Shown: in pieces, positions 27,983 to 37,668 of the stretch
How the letters are laid out: every line of letters starts with the position of its first letter
Numbering within the stretch: position 1 is the first letter of the stretch
IMG/VR virus record: IMGVR_UViG_3300028191_000002
Location: 1 to 54,160 of that record
Direction: 5' to 3' (one strand)
Origin: a virus
Lineage: Duplodnaviria; Caudoviricetes
DNA: 54,160 nt
Made by a program: the position numbers and the translations under genes
The notes under the pieces: model-generated
Seen by the model: only the letters and a program-made list of their open reading frames with translations
Database searches by the model: none
Told to the model about the DNA's origin: nothing

Positions 27983-29559
27983 TATCTAAATTTGCAGTTC
28001 AGAAGTTCTTAGAGACACCAACCAGCAATCTGGATTTGTTGAAGGATTTTCCAGAGGAAGAGTTGGACAGGTTACTGGCGGACTACGGCGTTGACTTCCA
28101 TACTGTGCCTCGGAAGCATCAGAAGGTAGCAACATTAATTGGAATAACCTATCCCGGAACGTTGTTCTTAATGGGTATGGGGACTGGTAAAACCAAGATA
28201 ATCTTGGATATCTTTTACTTTAGAAAAATGATGGGCGAAGCCAGACGCCTGCTACTGATTGTTCCGAATAATGTAAACATCGAATCGACGAGGGATGAGA
28301 TTCGGTTTCACCGCCCTGAAGTATCTTTTATTGGCTTGGAAGGGGATGCAGAAGACCGGGCAGCTATAATCGAAGACAGCGAAGAAGATATCGTTATCGC
28401 TACTTACAAAGGTTTACTGTATGCTTTAGGCGAGAAGGTTGAGTTTGAGGTTAAGAAGGTGCCCCTGGAAAAGGGCTTGCCGGAGACAGATAAGAAGAAA
28501 GAGAAGGAGGTGCTCCTGGAAAAGGGATTGCAGTTGATAGATAAGAAGGTGACCGCTTTCGCTCGCAAGTTTCAGATGTTGGTAATGGATGAAAGTTCGA
28601 ATCTAAAGAATCACATGTCTCTTAGTTACAAGCTGTGCAAGAAGTTAAGTCAGACTATCCATATTCGGTTTGAGTTGACAGGTACGCCGTTTGGTAGGGA
28701 TGTTGAGAATCTTTGGAGCCAGTTTTATATTATCGATGGTGGATTATCTTTGGGACCAACTTTGGGACTATTCCGGGAATGCTTCTTCACAAAAAAGAAG
28801 GCATATTGGACGATGTATGAATACGTATTTGACAAGAAGACTTTACCAATTCTCCGGGACAGAATGAAAAACTGTGCCTTGCATTACGAAGTAGACGAAT
28901 GTATGGATTTACCCGAGCTGGTTGAAATTCGAGTTCCAATTAACCTGTCGCCAGAACTGCGACAATCTTATGAGGATTTGAGAAAAGCGTTTGCCGCTTC
29001 CCGGGGTGATAACACGCAGATGAATAATGCTTTCATCAAAATGCGTCAGTTTACTTCTGGCATCGTTTCTGCGGGCGGAGCTACGGCAGTAATAGAAGAT
29101 AACCTAAAGACAGTAGCGTGCCTGGAGTTGGTTGAAGAGATTCCACAGGAAGAGAAGATTGTGATTTTTAACGAATTCATACTTTCTGGGGATTACTTAG
29201 AAAAACAGTTGAAGAAAAGAAAGTATAAGGTAGCCCGGATCTATGGTGGCTCTAAGGATTCTGGGGCTGAGTTACAAAAGTTTCTTAAGGACCCGAAGTA
29301 CCGAATAATGCTGGTCAATAATCAGGCAGGGGCGTTTGGTCTAAACTTGCAGAAGGCTGCCAGATATGTGATATACTTCGAATCTTCAGTGTCCTGTATC
29401 ATAAGACCGCAGACGGAAAAACGCTGCCATAGGCTTGGTCAAGAGAAAACAGTTTTTATGTATGACCTATTTGTGAAGGATAGTGTCGACGAAAACATAC
29501 TGGCGTATCTTAAAGAGGGCAAGGATTTGTATGCTGAGATACTGAAGAATCCTGTGTAG
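27979..29559 (+). CDS. SNF2-family helicase
   Basis: MGTGKT, DESS, LTGTP, GLNLQ.A, QTEKRCHRLGQ. Confidence 0.9.
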   Translation: MISKFAVQKFLETPTSNLDLLKDFPEEELDRLLADYGVDFHTVPRKHQKVATLIGITYPGTLFLMGMGTGKTKIILDIFYFRKMMGEARRLLLIVPNNVNIESTRDEIRFHRPEVSFIGLEGDAEDRAAIIEDSEEDIVIATYKGLLYALGEKVEFEVKKVPLEKGLPETDKKKEKEVLLEKGLQLIDKKVTAFARKFQMLVMDESSNLKNHMSLSYKLCKKLSQTIHIRFELTGTPFGRDVENLWSQFYIIDGGLSLGPTLGLFRECFFTKKKAYWTMYEYVFDKKTLPILRDRMKNCALHYEVDECMDLPELVEIRVPINLSPELRQSYEDLRKAFAASRGDNTQMNNAFIKMRQFTSGIVSAGGATAVIEDNLKTVACLELVEEIPQEEKIVIFNEFILSGDYLEKQLKKRKYKVARIYGGSKDSGAELQKFLKDPKYRIMLVNNQAGAFGLNLQKAARYVIYFESSVSCIIRPQTEKRCHRLGQEKTVFMYDLFVKDSVDENILAYLKEGKDLYAEILKNPV

Positions 29560-29564
29560 GAAGT

Positions 29565-29596
29565 TAAACACAGAATCTATATATATTAATGAAGGA
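29565..29596 (+). promoter_or_regulatory. Phage-specific promoter-like motif, copy 2
   Basis: taaacacagaATCTATATATATTAATGAAGGA. Confidence 0.7.
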
Positions 29597-29602
29597 ATAA
29601 TT

Positions 29603-30136
29603 ATGGAAAGACAGAAATTGATAACGTGTAGCATTGGTTGGGAAGAGGTAGAAGGTTACGCTTATACTATCGCTTCCAGGAACGTTTGGAAGACATCCCC
29701 AGTATACAGTATCGAGGATTTATTGCAAGAAGCGTTTTTCTGCTACCAGACAATCTTTGACCAGTATCACGTTGAGAAGGTAGCCCATTTTATGCGGTTA
29801 TTTGGAGTCTCCTTTTATCGTCGAATTCTTCATATTGCGGACAACGTAAGTGCCAGAAGATTGGCGGAAGAAGAATGGATTAAAGAGGCCAAGCTATGGT
29901 ATGAAGAAGACGACATCCTGCTTGGCTTGGTCGTAGAAGGTGGGGACGGTGTTTTTGAAACGGTAATAAAAAGTCTTGGTATAAACCGGGATTTGGATAG
30001 GACAGCAGTTCCGCTTTTTACGAAGTACGAAGATGGTAGTAGAGAAACGATCCACCAGTGGTTAGAGAAAATCTCTGGTTTGGATATAGCAATAGTAACC
30101 GAAATTATAGAAACCAAGATTGGAGTAAAAGTATGA
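29603..30136 (+). CDS. Sigma70/ECF region-2-like transcription factor
   Basis: YAYTIA...IEDLLQEAF....FDQY.....F resembles sigma region 2 (xEDLxQExF). Confidence 0.55.
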   Translation: MERQKLITCSIGWEEVEGYAYTIASRNVWKTSPVYSIEDLLQEAFFCYQTIFDQYHVEKVAHFMRLFGVSFYRRILHIADNVSARRLAEEEWIKEAKLWYEEDDILLGLVVEGGDGVFETVIKSLGINRDLDRTAVPLFTKYEDGSRETIHQWLEKISGLDIAIVTEIIETKIGVKV

Positions 30137-30555
30137 AGATTGGATTTAGTTTTGGCTTCGATGCCGCACACAGATTAATGGGTTACGACGGATTATGCAA
30201 GAATATCCACGGACACCATTGGCGGGTTGATATTGTGGTTGAAGGACCGGTCAGCCTTCTCACTGGGATGGTTATGGATTTCAAAGTTCTTAAGAAGCAC
30301 ATTAAGCATATAGAGGATCTGTATGACCACAGTTTGATTATGTGTGACCAAGATCCTCAGTTGGTTGGTATAACCCTGGTTTGTCCTGAGCAAAAGTTTC
30401 TTATACTCCCGACTATACCAACCGCAGAATTTATTGCTCAGGATATTAAGCGGAGACTTGAGTTAACATTACCACAGTTAGAAACCACTAACCATCGTTT
30501 GGTTATTGATAGTGTAACTGTTTACGAATCGTCCAATTGTTGGGCACAGATATAA
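30133..30555 (+). CDS. queD: 6-carboxytetrahydropterin synthase
   Basis: FDAAHRL....CKNIHGH...GMVMDF...DH...PTAE...V.VYES. Confidence 0.93.
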   Translation: MKIGFSFGFDAAHRLMGYDGLCKNIHGHHWRVDIVVEGPVSLLTGMVMDFKVLKKHIKHIEDLYDHSLIMCDQDPQLVGITLVCPEQKFLILPTIPTAEFIAQDIKRRLELTLPQLETTNHRLVIDSVTVYESSNCWAQI

Positions 30556-30566
30556 GGAATACATTC

Positions 30567-31202
30567 ATGGCAAAGATTACTAGTATTAAGAATCAGATTT
30601 TGGCAGTAGCAAAAGTTGCTAAGAAGCGTTATGAGAAACCGGACGACTTTGTTCGCAGAGTGATAAGAGCGGTCAATCAGTTGACTGACGAAGACTGGGC
30701 ATTGCTCCCAGATAGTGCTCAGGTATGGGCTAACGAAGCTATCATTGCTTATCACTCTGATAACTCAATCACGGCGTTCCCCGGCGAAGAAGAGGAAATG
30801 GCTTCCGTTACTGCTCCGCCGGTAGTAGAAATACCAGTAGAAGTGGTGGCTCCAGCACCAGCATCGGCGGTGCAGTTTAAGCCACAAGCACCTACTTTCG
30901 TGGGTCCGCCAGAACCATACATAGGACCAGCAATCGCAGATAAGATTAAGCCGAAGATTGGTGGTGGACGCAGGTTTGATGAACTTTGCGTTTTACATCC
31001 GACTATGAATTGGTTGGAAGTATTAGCTCTTCTTGAGGACGAGGGTTATCGAATCTCAGCAAATACGGCAACTGTCCGTTTTTACGAGACTTGGAGATTC
31101 CTTCAGACTCTTGACAAGATGGGTATGCTAAAGCAAGCATGGCCGAAAGAGCTTCCTAAGTCACCAGGTTTGAAATTGGCTGAAGAACCCGTAAAACCGT
31201 AA
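30567..31202 (+). CDS. Hypothetical two-domain protein with Pro/Ala linker, inside the que cluster
   Basis: AAGGA RBS. Confidence 0.6.
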   Translation: MAKITSIKNQILAVAKVAKKRYEKPDDFVRRVIRAVNQLTDEDWALLPDSAQVWANEAIIAYHSDNSITAFPGEEEEMASVTAPPVVEIPVEVVAPAPASAVQFKPQAPTFVGPPEPYIGPAIADKIKPKIGGGRRFDELCVLHPTMNWLEVLALLEDEGYRISANTATVRFYETWRFLQTLDKMGMLKQAWPKELPKSPGLKLAEEPVKP

Positions 31203-31215
31203 GCAGGAGTTTATA

Positions 31216-31872
31216 ATGAAACCAAAAGCATTATTAGCATTCTCAGGCGGGTTAGATTCTACAGTTGCGTTATTTATAATGACGAAGCTTTGGAATTGGG
31301 ATGTTAAAGCTGTCGGTTTTAACTATGGGCAGAAGAATATAATAGAGCTGGAGAGGGCACGGCAAATCGCCACCCTCGCCGGTTCTGAATTTGAAGTCAT
31401 AGATATACCAACGGCAATCTTCGGTTCGTCCAGCACTATGCTGGTAACAGGTGGGGAGATTATAAATTATGAAATAGTTGACCCAGCCTACGATACCAGA
31501 ATTGATTTTATTGTCCCAGCAAGAAATCTGCTATTCCTGGTCATCTTGGGTATTAGAGCAGAGGTAGAAGGAATCCCGGTTATAGCATATGGTGCGATAA
31601 CACAGGATCACGGATACCCAGATTGTACTCCTGAATTTGTCACTGCTACGGAAAAGGCATTGACGGCGGCAATTGGTCAGCAACACGCTGCGATTATGGC
31701 ACCAGTCATCTATTATACTAAGGAAGAGTTGGTTGCTTTGGCAAAGACAATCCCTGGTTGTATGGACGCGTTGGAACTGTCGTATACCTGCTATGTTGGT
31801 GGGGCAGAAGAGTGTGGGCACTGTGAAGCCTGTACATGTAAACAAGAGGCGTTTGGAAAAAAGAAAGGTTAG
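31216..31872 (+). CDS. queC: 7-cyano-7-deazaguanine synthase
   Basis: FSGGLDS, FNYGQ, VPARN, YPDC, SYTCY...CGHCEAC. Confidence 0.92.
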   Translation: MKPKALLAFSGGLDSTVALFIMTKLWNWDVKAVGFNYGQKNIIELERARQIATLAGSEFEVIDIPTAIFGSSSTMLVTGGEIINYEIVDPAYDTRIDFIVPARNLLFLVILGIRAEVEGIPVIAYGAITQDHGYPDCTPEFVTATEKALTAAIGQQHAAIMAPVIYYTKEELVALAKTIPGCMDALELSYTCYVGGAEECGHCEACTCKQEAFGKKKG

Positions 31873-31873
31873 T

Positions 31874-32782
31874 ATGGAAAAGAAAGTAGTTACCATAGCA
31901 GAGGTTCGAAATGCTGCCGAAATCGTAGCACAGAAAATTAACCATTGGAAGTTCAGTAACCAGCACCAGCATCCTCTACGGATATTTGGTGTTCCGAAGG
32001 GCGGATGGCACGCCGTAATTGCAGTGCTAAGCTGCTCAGTTGCTTTAGACGCTGTGGTTACTTATAACGTTAATGACGCAGATGTGATAGTTGACGATGT
32101 TATTGATTCCGGAGCAACCAGGAATCGGTATAACGATAATCCGGAAATTGATGCTCCATTCTTCGCTCTATTTGATAGACCACTAAAGTGGTTAGTTTTT
32201 CCTTGGGAAGTAGACGAAGAAGGCTCGGCATTGGATATTCCAACCCGGCTACTACAGTATATAGGTGAGGATACTACACGGGGTGGGCTACTTGAAACCC
32301 CAGCACGAATACTGAAGGCGTGGAAGTTTTGGACAGACGGTTATAACATTGACCCAGCATCTGTATTCAAAACGTTCACTGATGGAGCGGAACTTTACAA
32401 TCAAAATCAGATGGTAGTAGTTAAGAATATCCCGGTATGGTCAATGTGTGAGCATCATTTAGCACCGTTCTTTGGGACAGTATGCATTGCCTATATACCG
32501 GACAAGCAAATAGTTGGTTTGTCAAAGTTCTCACGATTGGTGGATATATACGCTCGTCGGTTACAAGTACAAGAGCGGTTGACCAATCAAATTGCCCAGG
32601 CAATTACTGATATTCTCAAGCCGAAAGGTTCGGCAGTGCTATTGGAATGTAGGCACTCATGTATGGAAAGTCGTGGAGTGCAAAAAGCAGGCATTGAGAC
32701 GATTACGTCGGACGTCCGCGGACTGTTTCTTACTGACCAATCAGTGAAAAGTGAATTTCTCCGGCTGATAGGAAGAAGTTAA
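31874..32782 (+). CDS. folE: Fusion of purine phosphoribosyltransferase-like domain and GTP cyclohydrolase I
   Basis: N-terminus: GVPKGG, IVDDVIDSGAT, WLVFPWE. C-terminus: GED..R.GL.ETP.R, SMCEHH, GLSK, RLQVQERLT, HSCM..RG. Confidence 0.9.
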   Translation: MEKKVVTIAEVRNAAEIVAQKINHWKFSNQHQHPLRIFGVPKGGWHAVIAVLSCSVALDAVVTYNVNDADVIVDDVIDSGATRNRYNDNPEIDAPFFALFDRPLKWLVFPWEVDEEGSALDIPTRLLQYIGEDTTRGGLLETPARILKAWKFWTDGYNIDPASVFKTFTDGAELYNQNQMVVVKNIPVWSMCEHHLAPFFGTVCIAYIPDKQIVGLSKFSRLVDIYARRLQVQERLTNQIAQAITDILKPKGSAVLLECRHSCMESRGVQKAGIETITSDVRGLFLTDQSVKSEFLRLIGRS

Positions 32783-32783
32783 A

Positions 32784-32999
32784 ATGTATATTTGTGGCAT
32801 ATATCTTACCCGGACAAGAAAGAGGAAGTTAGAGTTGCGAGCAATTGCTTCTTTAATCTTGTCTACGAACGCAGATTCGACCTTAGCAAGGGAGAAAGAA
32901 GCTGCAGCAAGGATTAAAACCTTGCAAGAACAAATAGGACTTCAGGAAACGATGATAAAAGAAAGGAAGGCTTTCGACGATGCCAGAAAAGAAAATTAA
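32784..32999 (+). CDS. Small hypothetical coiled-coil protein
   Basis: Fills the gap between folE and dpdA-like gene. Confidence 0.45.
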   Translation: MYICGIYLTRTRKRKLELRAIASLILSTNADSTLAREKEAAARIKTLQEQIGLQETMIKERKAFDDARKEN

Positions 33000-34029
33000 G
33001 ATTTGGTTAGACAGTGGTGCTTATAGCGTATGGAATCGTGGTGAGACAATCGACCTGACTGGGTACATTGATTTCATTCACCGCAATAAGCATAACTTAG
33101 AATACTACGTGAACCTGGATGTGATACCCGGGGTCAAGCTCCGAGAATCGACACCACAGGAAGTAGAAGATTCCGCCAGAAAAGGATTTGAGAATATGCT
33201 GCGAATGAGAAAAGAAGGTCTCGATCCAATGCCAGTATATCACTATGGTGAGAAAAGGGAGTGGCTGGAAAAGATGGTCGACCTTGGTTGTTCTTATATC
33301 GGTTTAGCATTGGGACGACAGGGAGCAGATCCTAATGCAAGGAAGTGGCTGGATGCTATCTTCCAATACTTATGCCATACCCCTACTGGCTTTCCTACGG
33401 TTAAGCTACACGGATTTGGTTTAACCGTGGTCCCCTTCCTGCTGCGATATCCTTGGTTTTCAGTGGATAGCACAACTTGGATATTCGCAGCAGCTTATGG
33501 TAGATGTCTGTTCCCGAGAATTGCAGCAAGCGGTGACTTTGATTTTTCAGTAGCGCCGTTGTATGTAGGGTTTACTGACAGGGATTCATCTCCTATGCTC
33601 GAGAAGCATAATTATTATGATTCTGTAGGAGACACAATGAAAAAGTTTATCGCCAGATACATAGAATTCTCCGGATTGGCTATAACACCAGACTCGTTGA
33701 AAACTAATTACTACGACCGGTTGCGGATAAACGCCTTCTACTTTAAGCAGGTAGGTGTCCGCAATATCTTACGTCCGTATGACGTACCAGTAGTAAGCGG
33801 CTTCTTTGACAAGCAGGTCTTTAAGACACTACCGGCGGCAGTGCTTCCCGAGCATCTACAGATGGTAAATGCAGTTGGGTTAAATGCAGCATTCAATGAA
33901 ATACTGAATGACGTAGATTCTAACAATCGTCTTATATCCTACGCGGATATGGGTAAAAATGATACTGAGACAATAGAACGCCTTGTAACGACAGGCAAGG
34001 TAAGAGAGGACAAAGATGGAACGAAGTGA
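32980..34029 (+). CDS. dpdA: TGT-fold DNA 7-deazaguanine transglycosylase (DpdA-like)
   Basis: LDSGAYS, NLDVI, PVYH, LHGFG, SVDSTTW equivalent to TGT catalytic Asp motifs; adjacent to queC/folE/queD. Confidence 0.75.
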   Translation: MPEKKIKIWLDSGAYSVWNRGETIDLTGYIDFIHRNKHNLEYYVNLDVIPGVKLRESTPQEVEDSARKGFENMLRMRKEGLDPMPVYHYGEKREWLEKMVDLGCSYIGLALGRQGADPNARKWLDAIFQYLCHTPTGFPTVKLHGFGLTVVPFLLRYPWFSVDSTTWIFAAAYGRCLFPRIAASGDFDFSVAPLYVGFTDRDSSPMLEKHNYYDSVGDTMKKFIARYIEFSGLAITPDSLKTNYYDRLRINAFYFKQVGVRNILRPYDVPVVSGFFDKQVFKTLPAAVLPEHLQMVNAVGLNAAFNEILNDVDSNNRLISYADMGKNDTETIERLVTTGKVREDKDGTK

Positions 34030-35053
34030 AATGTTAGCTGCCCTCAAAAAGACGGAGCGAGGGTTAGGTGCCCGGAATATGTCTTTACGAGACTCCGCAT
34101 TTTGGTTTGATGGTGAATTTGTAACTGCTTCCGACGAAGTGGTTATGTATAAGATGCCCTGTCCCTTTCCGATAGACGGGGGATTGGATGCTCAACTACT
34201 GCTCGGCGTACTGGAATCTTCCACGGCACAGGCAGTAGAAATCCTCAGTAACGAGGGTGGTGTGGTTAAGTTGAAAGTAGGCAGAACTAAAATTCAGTTG
34301 CTGCTCGAATCTAACGAGACCAGACCTTTAGTCGTGGATACTTCTGGAGAACGGAAGACCGTCGTTGTGGACGAAGATTTCTGGTATTGCCTGGAGCGGG
34401 CATCCCTGTCTATGGGAAAGAATGCAAGCTTCCCCAGTCGGTTAGGGATTACTTTTTGGGTCGATAAGGAATTGGTTCTATATGCGACTGATAATGTTAG
34501 CATTACCAAAGTGACCTGCGTAGTTAATCCTGATTTTCTGGGAGATGGTTTTAGCATAATTGTCCCGCCAGCGTTTCTTAAAGCAGTTATGAAGATAACG
34601 ACAGATAAGTGCATAGAATTAGCATTCACAGAAAATACAGTGGAAGCACGTTTTGAGTCAAACTTGATTATTCGGTCAAGGACGTTACACGGAGCGGACA
34701 GGGAACAGTTTGAACAGATTATTGAACCACTGCTCCCCGAGATAGCAAAAGGAATTGCTGTGCCTCCATCACTTCTACGGTGTGTTCAGAGGACGAAAGC
34801 TATCGCAACGCCGACAGGTTACTTCAGCACATTTACGGTATTGGACGGTGTCTTGTCAATTTTGTCTAAGAATGCTGCGGGTGAGATTCTGGATTACATT
34901 ACGCTGACGGAAAAGCATCCGGATGCTCAAGTCCAGATACCGCCGGATAAGTTGGAAGCAGCCCTACCATTCTCGGATAGGATCTTAATTGGAGACGCAA
35001 TTATTGTCGCGGGTCCTGGATCCATTGGACTTTTTGCAACCGTGAGTAATTAA
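34016..35053 (+). CDS. DNA polymerase III beta-like sliding clamp
   Basis: 345 aa three-domain size, ASD/ATD motifs, lies next to polymerase and clamp loader. Confidence 0.7.
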   Translation: MERSEMLAALKKTERGLGARNMSLRDSAFWFDGEFVTASDEVVMYKMPCPFPIDGGLDAQLLLGVLESSTAQAVEILSNEGGVVKLKVGRTKIQLLLESNETRPLVVDTSGERKTVVVDEDFWYCLERASLSMGKNASFPSRLGITFWVDKELVLYATDNVSITKVTCVVNPDFLGDGFSIIVPPAFLKAVMKITTDKCIELAFTENTVEARFESNLIIRSRTLHGADREQFEQIIEPLLPEIAKGIAVPPSLLRCVQRTKAIATPTGYFSTFTVLDGVLSILSKNAAGEILDYITLTEKHPDAQVQIPPDKLEAALPFSDRILIGDAIIVAGPGSIGLFATVSN

Positions 35054-35054
35054 G

Positions 35055-35113
35055 CCTATACTAATACATAGGACGCTCCGGGATCCTCAAGCAGGGCTAA
35101 TCCTGGGCATCCG
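35055..35113 (+). repeat. Intergenic element copy C
   Basis: CCTATactaatacATAGGacgctccggGATCCTCAAGCAGGGCTAAtcctgggcatccg. Confidence 0.9.
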
Positions 35114-35130
35114 TTTTTTGGAAGGTATTT

Positions 35131-37668
35131 ATGGAAATTGGATTTTTTACCAGAACTGAGATAAAGACGCAGAGGGCAGCAGTAAAGATGAAAGCCCCTG
35201 CTAAAACACGGAAAAAGTCAACGAAGGTAGCACCATTGGTAGCAAAGCAAGAAGAAACTATTCCAATTGACTTTGGTATACAAGATTGCACAAACTGCGG
35301 ATTATTACTCGATCCGAATATTCAGTACCCGGGGACGATAGCAGAGGGAGATATGAATCCCGAGTTATATTTTCTTAGTGCTCAGATGACCGTGGATGAC
35401 GATAATGTTGGACATCATTTTTCAGGAAAAAGTGGAACCTATCTTAAGCGGTTTGTTACTACGACAGCAAGATACTGTAGCTGTCTATGTTGTCGCCCAC
35501 CACTTGACAGGGAACCTACGGATAAGGAATTATGGTGTTGTAGGAAGTATGTAGAGGAAGATATTGAGTATAGTAAGCCGGCGGTAATAGTTGGGGTTGG
35601 TGCTATACCACTGCGGTGGGCGATTAATGCAACTACGCCTACGCTCTGGCGAGGACGGTTTGTTCCAATAACAGTTGGAAACCATAGCTGCTGGTTCTAT
35701 TCAATACTGGATCCGAAATTTGTCCTCAAAAGTGGATATCAAGAAGAGGATTGGGAAGAAGTGTTCCAACGCGACCTTTACAACCTCCAATCCGGAGATT
35801 ATGAAAAGTTAGGTAATCCGGTCGTCTTCGAGCCCACGATAGACGGGGTCATCTTTATTACACCAGAAAAGAAGAATCTACATCTGCTGAAAGAGTTTTT
35901 GGGAGAATCCAGTGGTGCTCCTACTGCGGTGGATATTGAGACAACCCACCTCCGTCCGTATTACGACGATTCCCATATTCTGTCTATAGCAATCAGTAAT
36001 GGAAAGAGGACAGTTGTCTTTCCATATGACCATCCGAGTTACGAATGGGATCCAGATTCTATGGATGAGCTCCGGGAAATGATGGCAGAGTATTTGGTTA
36101 GCGAAGATGATAAGTGGTGCCACAACGCTGCGTTTGAATTAGAATGGTTTGCAGTCAAAGTTACGTCGGCAGCCTTGACAGGCAGGTATTGGCAGGATAC
36201 TATGGTTCAGGGTTACATTCTTGACGAAAGATTCCAGGGATTATCCTTGGACTTCTTATGCCTGGAAAATCTCGGAATGCATCTTAAGCAGGCATCTGAT
36301 ATGGATAGAAAGAATATGCGGATCTATCCATTGACTGAGTTACTTCCATACAATGCTATGGACGCAAAGTATACATTTATACTAATGCGGTTATTAGAAC
36401 GCCGATTGAAGGTAGAAGATTTACAGGAAGTATATGAGTTTCAAGTAGAACGTATACCAGCGTTGGTTGGGGCACAGATGATTGGTTTGGCGGTAGTACC
36501 AGAAAGGATTATTGAGATTGGTCAGATGTTGGCAGAAAAGATAACCACAGTGACTGTGGATATTTTAGGTTCCGACTGTGTATCTGAATACCAGCAGACC
36601 AATGGTATCTTTAACCCGGGGTCGGCAAAGCAGGTAGCTGTGTTATTAAAGGATATTGTGAAGGCTCCGGAGTTGAAAGGAACTAAAACAGGTAAGGATA
36701 TTCTTGAGACGATAAGTCATCCTATCGCCAGACAAATTCTTGAATATCGGAAGTACAAGAAATTGGAGTCAACCTATCTGACTGGGTATAATGTAGGTGG
36801 AAAGTATGTTTACCCAGATGGAAAAGTCCATACGACCTTTACCAATACTAGTACAGTAACAGGACGTTTGTCAAGTAGTGGACCAAACCTTCAGAACTTC
36901 CCTGCTCGAGAAGATTCCTTTATTCGTGGTATACTGGGAGCCCCTCCTGGATATACGATGGTAAGTTTTGACTATGGACAGATAGAGGCGAGGGTAGTAG
37001 CAATGATGTCTAAGGACGCTACCTTGGTTAAGGCATTATGGGATAACTATGATATACATATGGTTTGGGCGGAAAAGTTGGCTGCTAAGAATGCATCAGA
37101 ATATAAGGCGGTTGGTCGGAATATTAAGAAGTTCCGAAGTATCGTAAAGAATACTTTTACCTTTCCACTTATCTATGGCGCAATAAGCGAATCCATATCC
37201 AAGAATATTGGCACGTCTGTCGGAGTTATGGATGGTATAATTGCAGAATTCTGGGAGACCTTCCCGGGAATACGAGCGTGGCAGATAACGCTGCAAGAGC
37301 AGTATCATAAGTTTGGTTATGTTGAATGTTTAACTGGAAGACGTAGAAGGATGCCTTTAACTGATAATCAACTATTCAATGCTCCAGTGCAAGGCACGGC
37401 ATCAGATATAGTGGTTGACTCAATGATCCGGTTGTCCCGGTTGTCCCAGGAATTAGATATTCACTGGTTACATCCGGCGGTAAATATACATGATGACTTG
37501 ACCTATCTTCTTCCTACGAAAAAGCTGGAAGCAGGTATGGAAGTAATAGTTGAGGAAATGGTTCGTAAAAACTTTCCTTGGATAAATGTACCAATAACAA
37601 TTGAAGCAAAGATTGGTCCAGATTGGGCAAATCTAAAAGAGATTGGAGTATTTAGTTCAGATGAATAA
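35131..37668 (+). CDS. Family A DNA polymerase with N-terminal UDG family-4-like domain and 3'-5' exonuclease
   Basis: CTNCGL...CRPP..R.P...E...C (UDG-F4/SPO1-like); DIETT, HNA.FE, YNAMDA; TGRLSS..PNLQN, DYGQIEAR, PLIYG, NAPVQG, IHDD. Confidence 0.92.
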   Translation: MEIGFFTRTEIKTQRAAVKMKAPAKTRKKSTKVAPLVAKQEETIPIDFGIQDCTNCGLLLDPNIQYPGTIAEGDMNPELYFLSAQMTVDDDNVGHHFSGKSGTYLKRFVTTTARYCSCLCCRPPLDREPTDKELWCCRKYVEEDIEYSKPAVIVGVGAIPLRWAINATTPTLWRGRFVPITVGNHSCWFYSILDPKFVLKSGYQEEDWEEVFQRDLYNLQSGDYEKLGNPVVFEPTIDGVIFITPEKKNLHLLKEFLGESSGAPTAVDIETTHLRPYYDDSHILSIAISNGKRTVVFPYDHPSYEWDPDSMDELREMMAEYLVSEDDKWCHNAAFELEWFAVKVTSAALTGRYWQDTMVQGYILDERFQGLSLDFLCLENLGMHLKQASDMDRKNMRIYPLTELLPYNAMDAKYTFILMRLLERRLKVEDLQEVYEFQVERIPALVGAQMIGLAVVPERIIEIGQMLAEKITTVTVDILGSDCVSEYQQTNGIFNPGSAKQVAVLLKDIVKAPELKGTKTGKDILETISHPIARQILEYRKYKKLESTYLTGYNVGGKYVYPDGKVHTTFTNTSTVTGRLSSSGPNLQNFPAREDSFIRGILGAPPGYTMVSFDYGQIEARVVAMMSKDATLVKALWDNYDIHMVWAEKLAAKNASEYKAVGRNIKKFRSIVKNTFTFPLIYGAISESISKNIGTSVGVMDGIIAEFWETFPGIRAWQITLQEQYHKFGYVECLTGRRRRMPLTDNQLFNAPVQGTASDIVVDSMIRLSRLSQELDIHWLHPAVNIHDDLTYLLPTKKLEAGMEVIVEEMVRKNFPWINVPITIEAKIGPDWANLKEIGVFSSDE

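Noticed and set aside
31673-31873. 67-aa N-terminal extension of the PRTase-FolE ORF
   Set aside because: It overlaps queC out of frame; ATG 31874 with an AAAGG RBS right after the queC stop is the better start
33788-33810. GFF as a clamp-binding motif (DpdA VSGFF, PolA N-term IGFF, DnaB FGFF)
   Set aside because: Too short and common to support without an enrichment test
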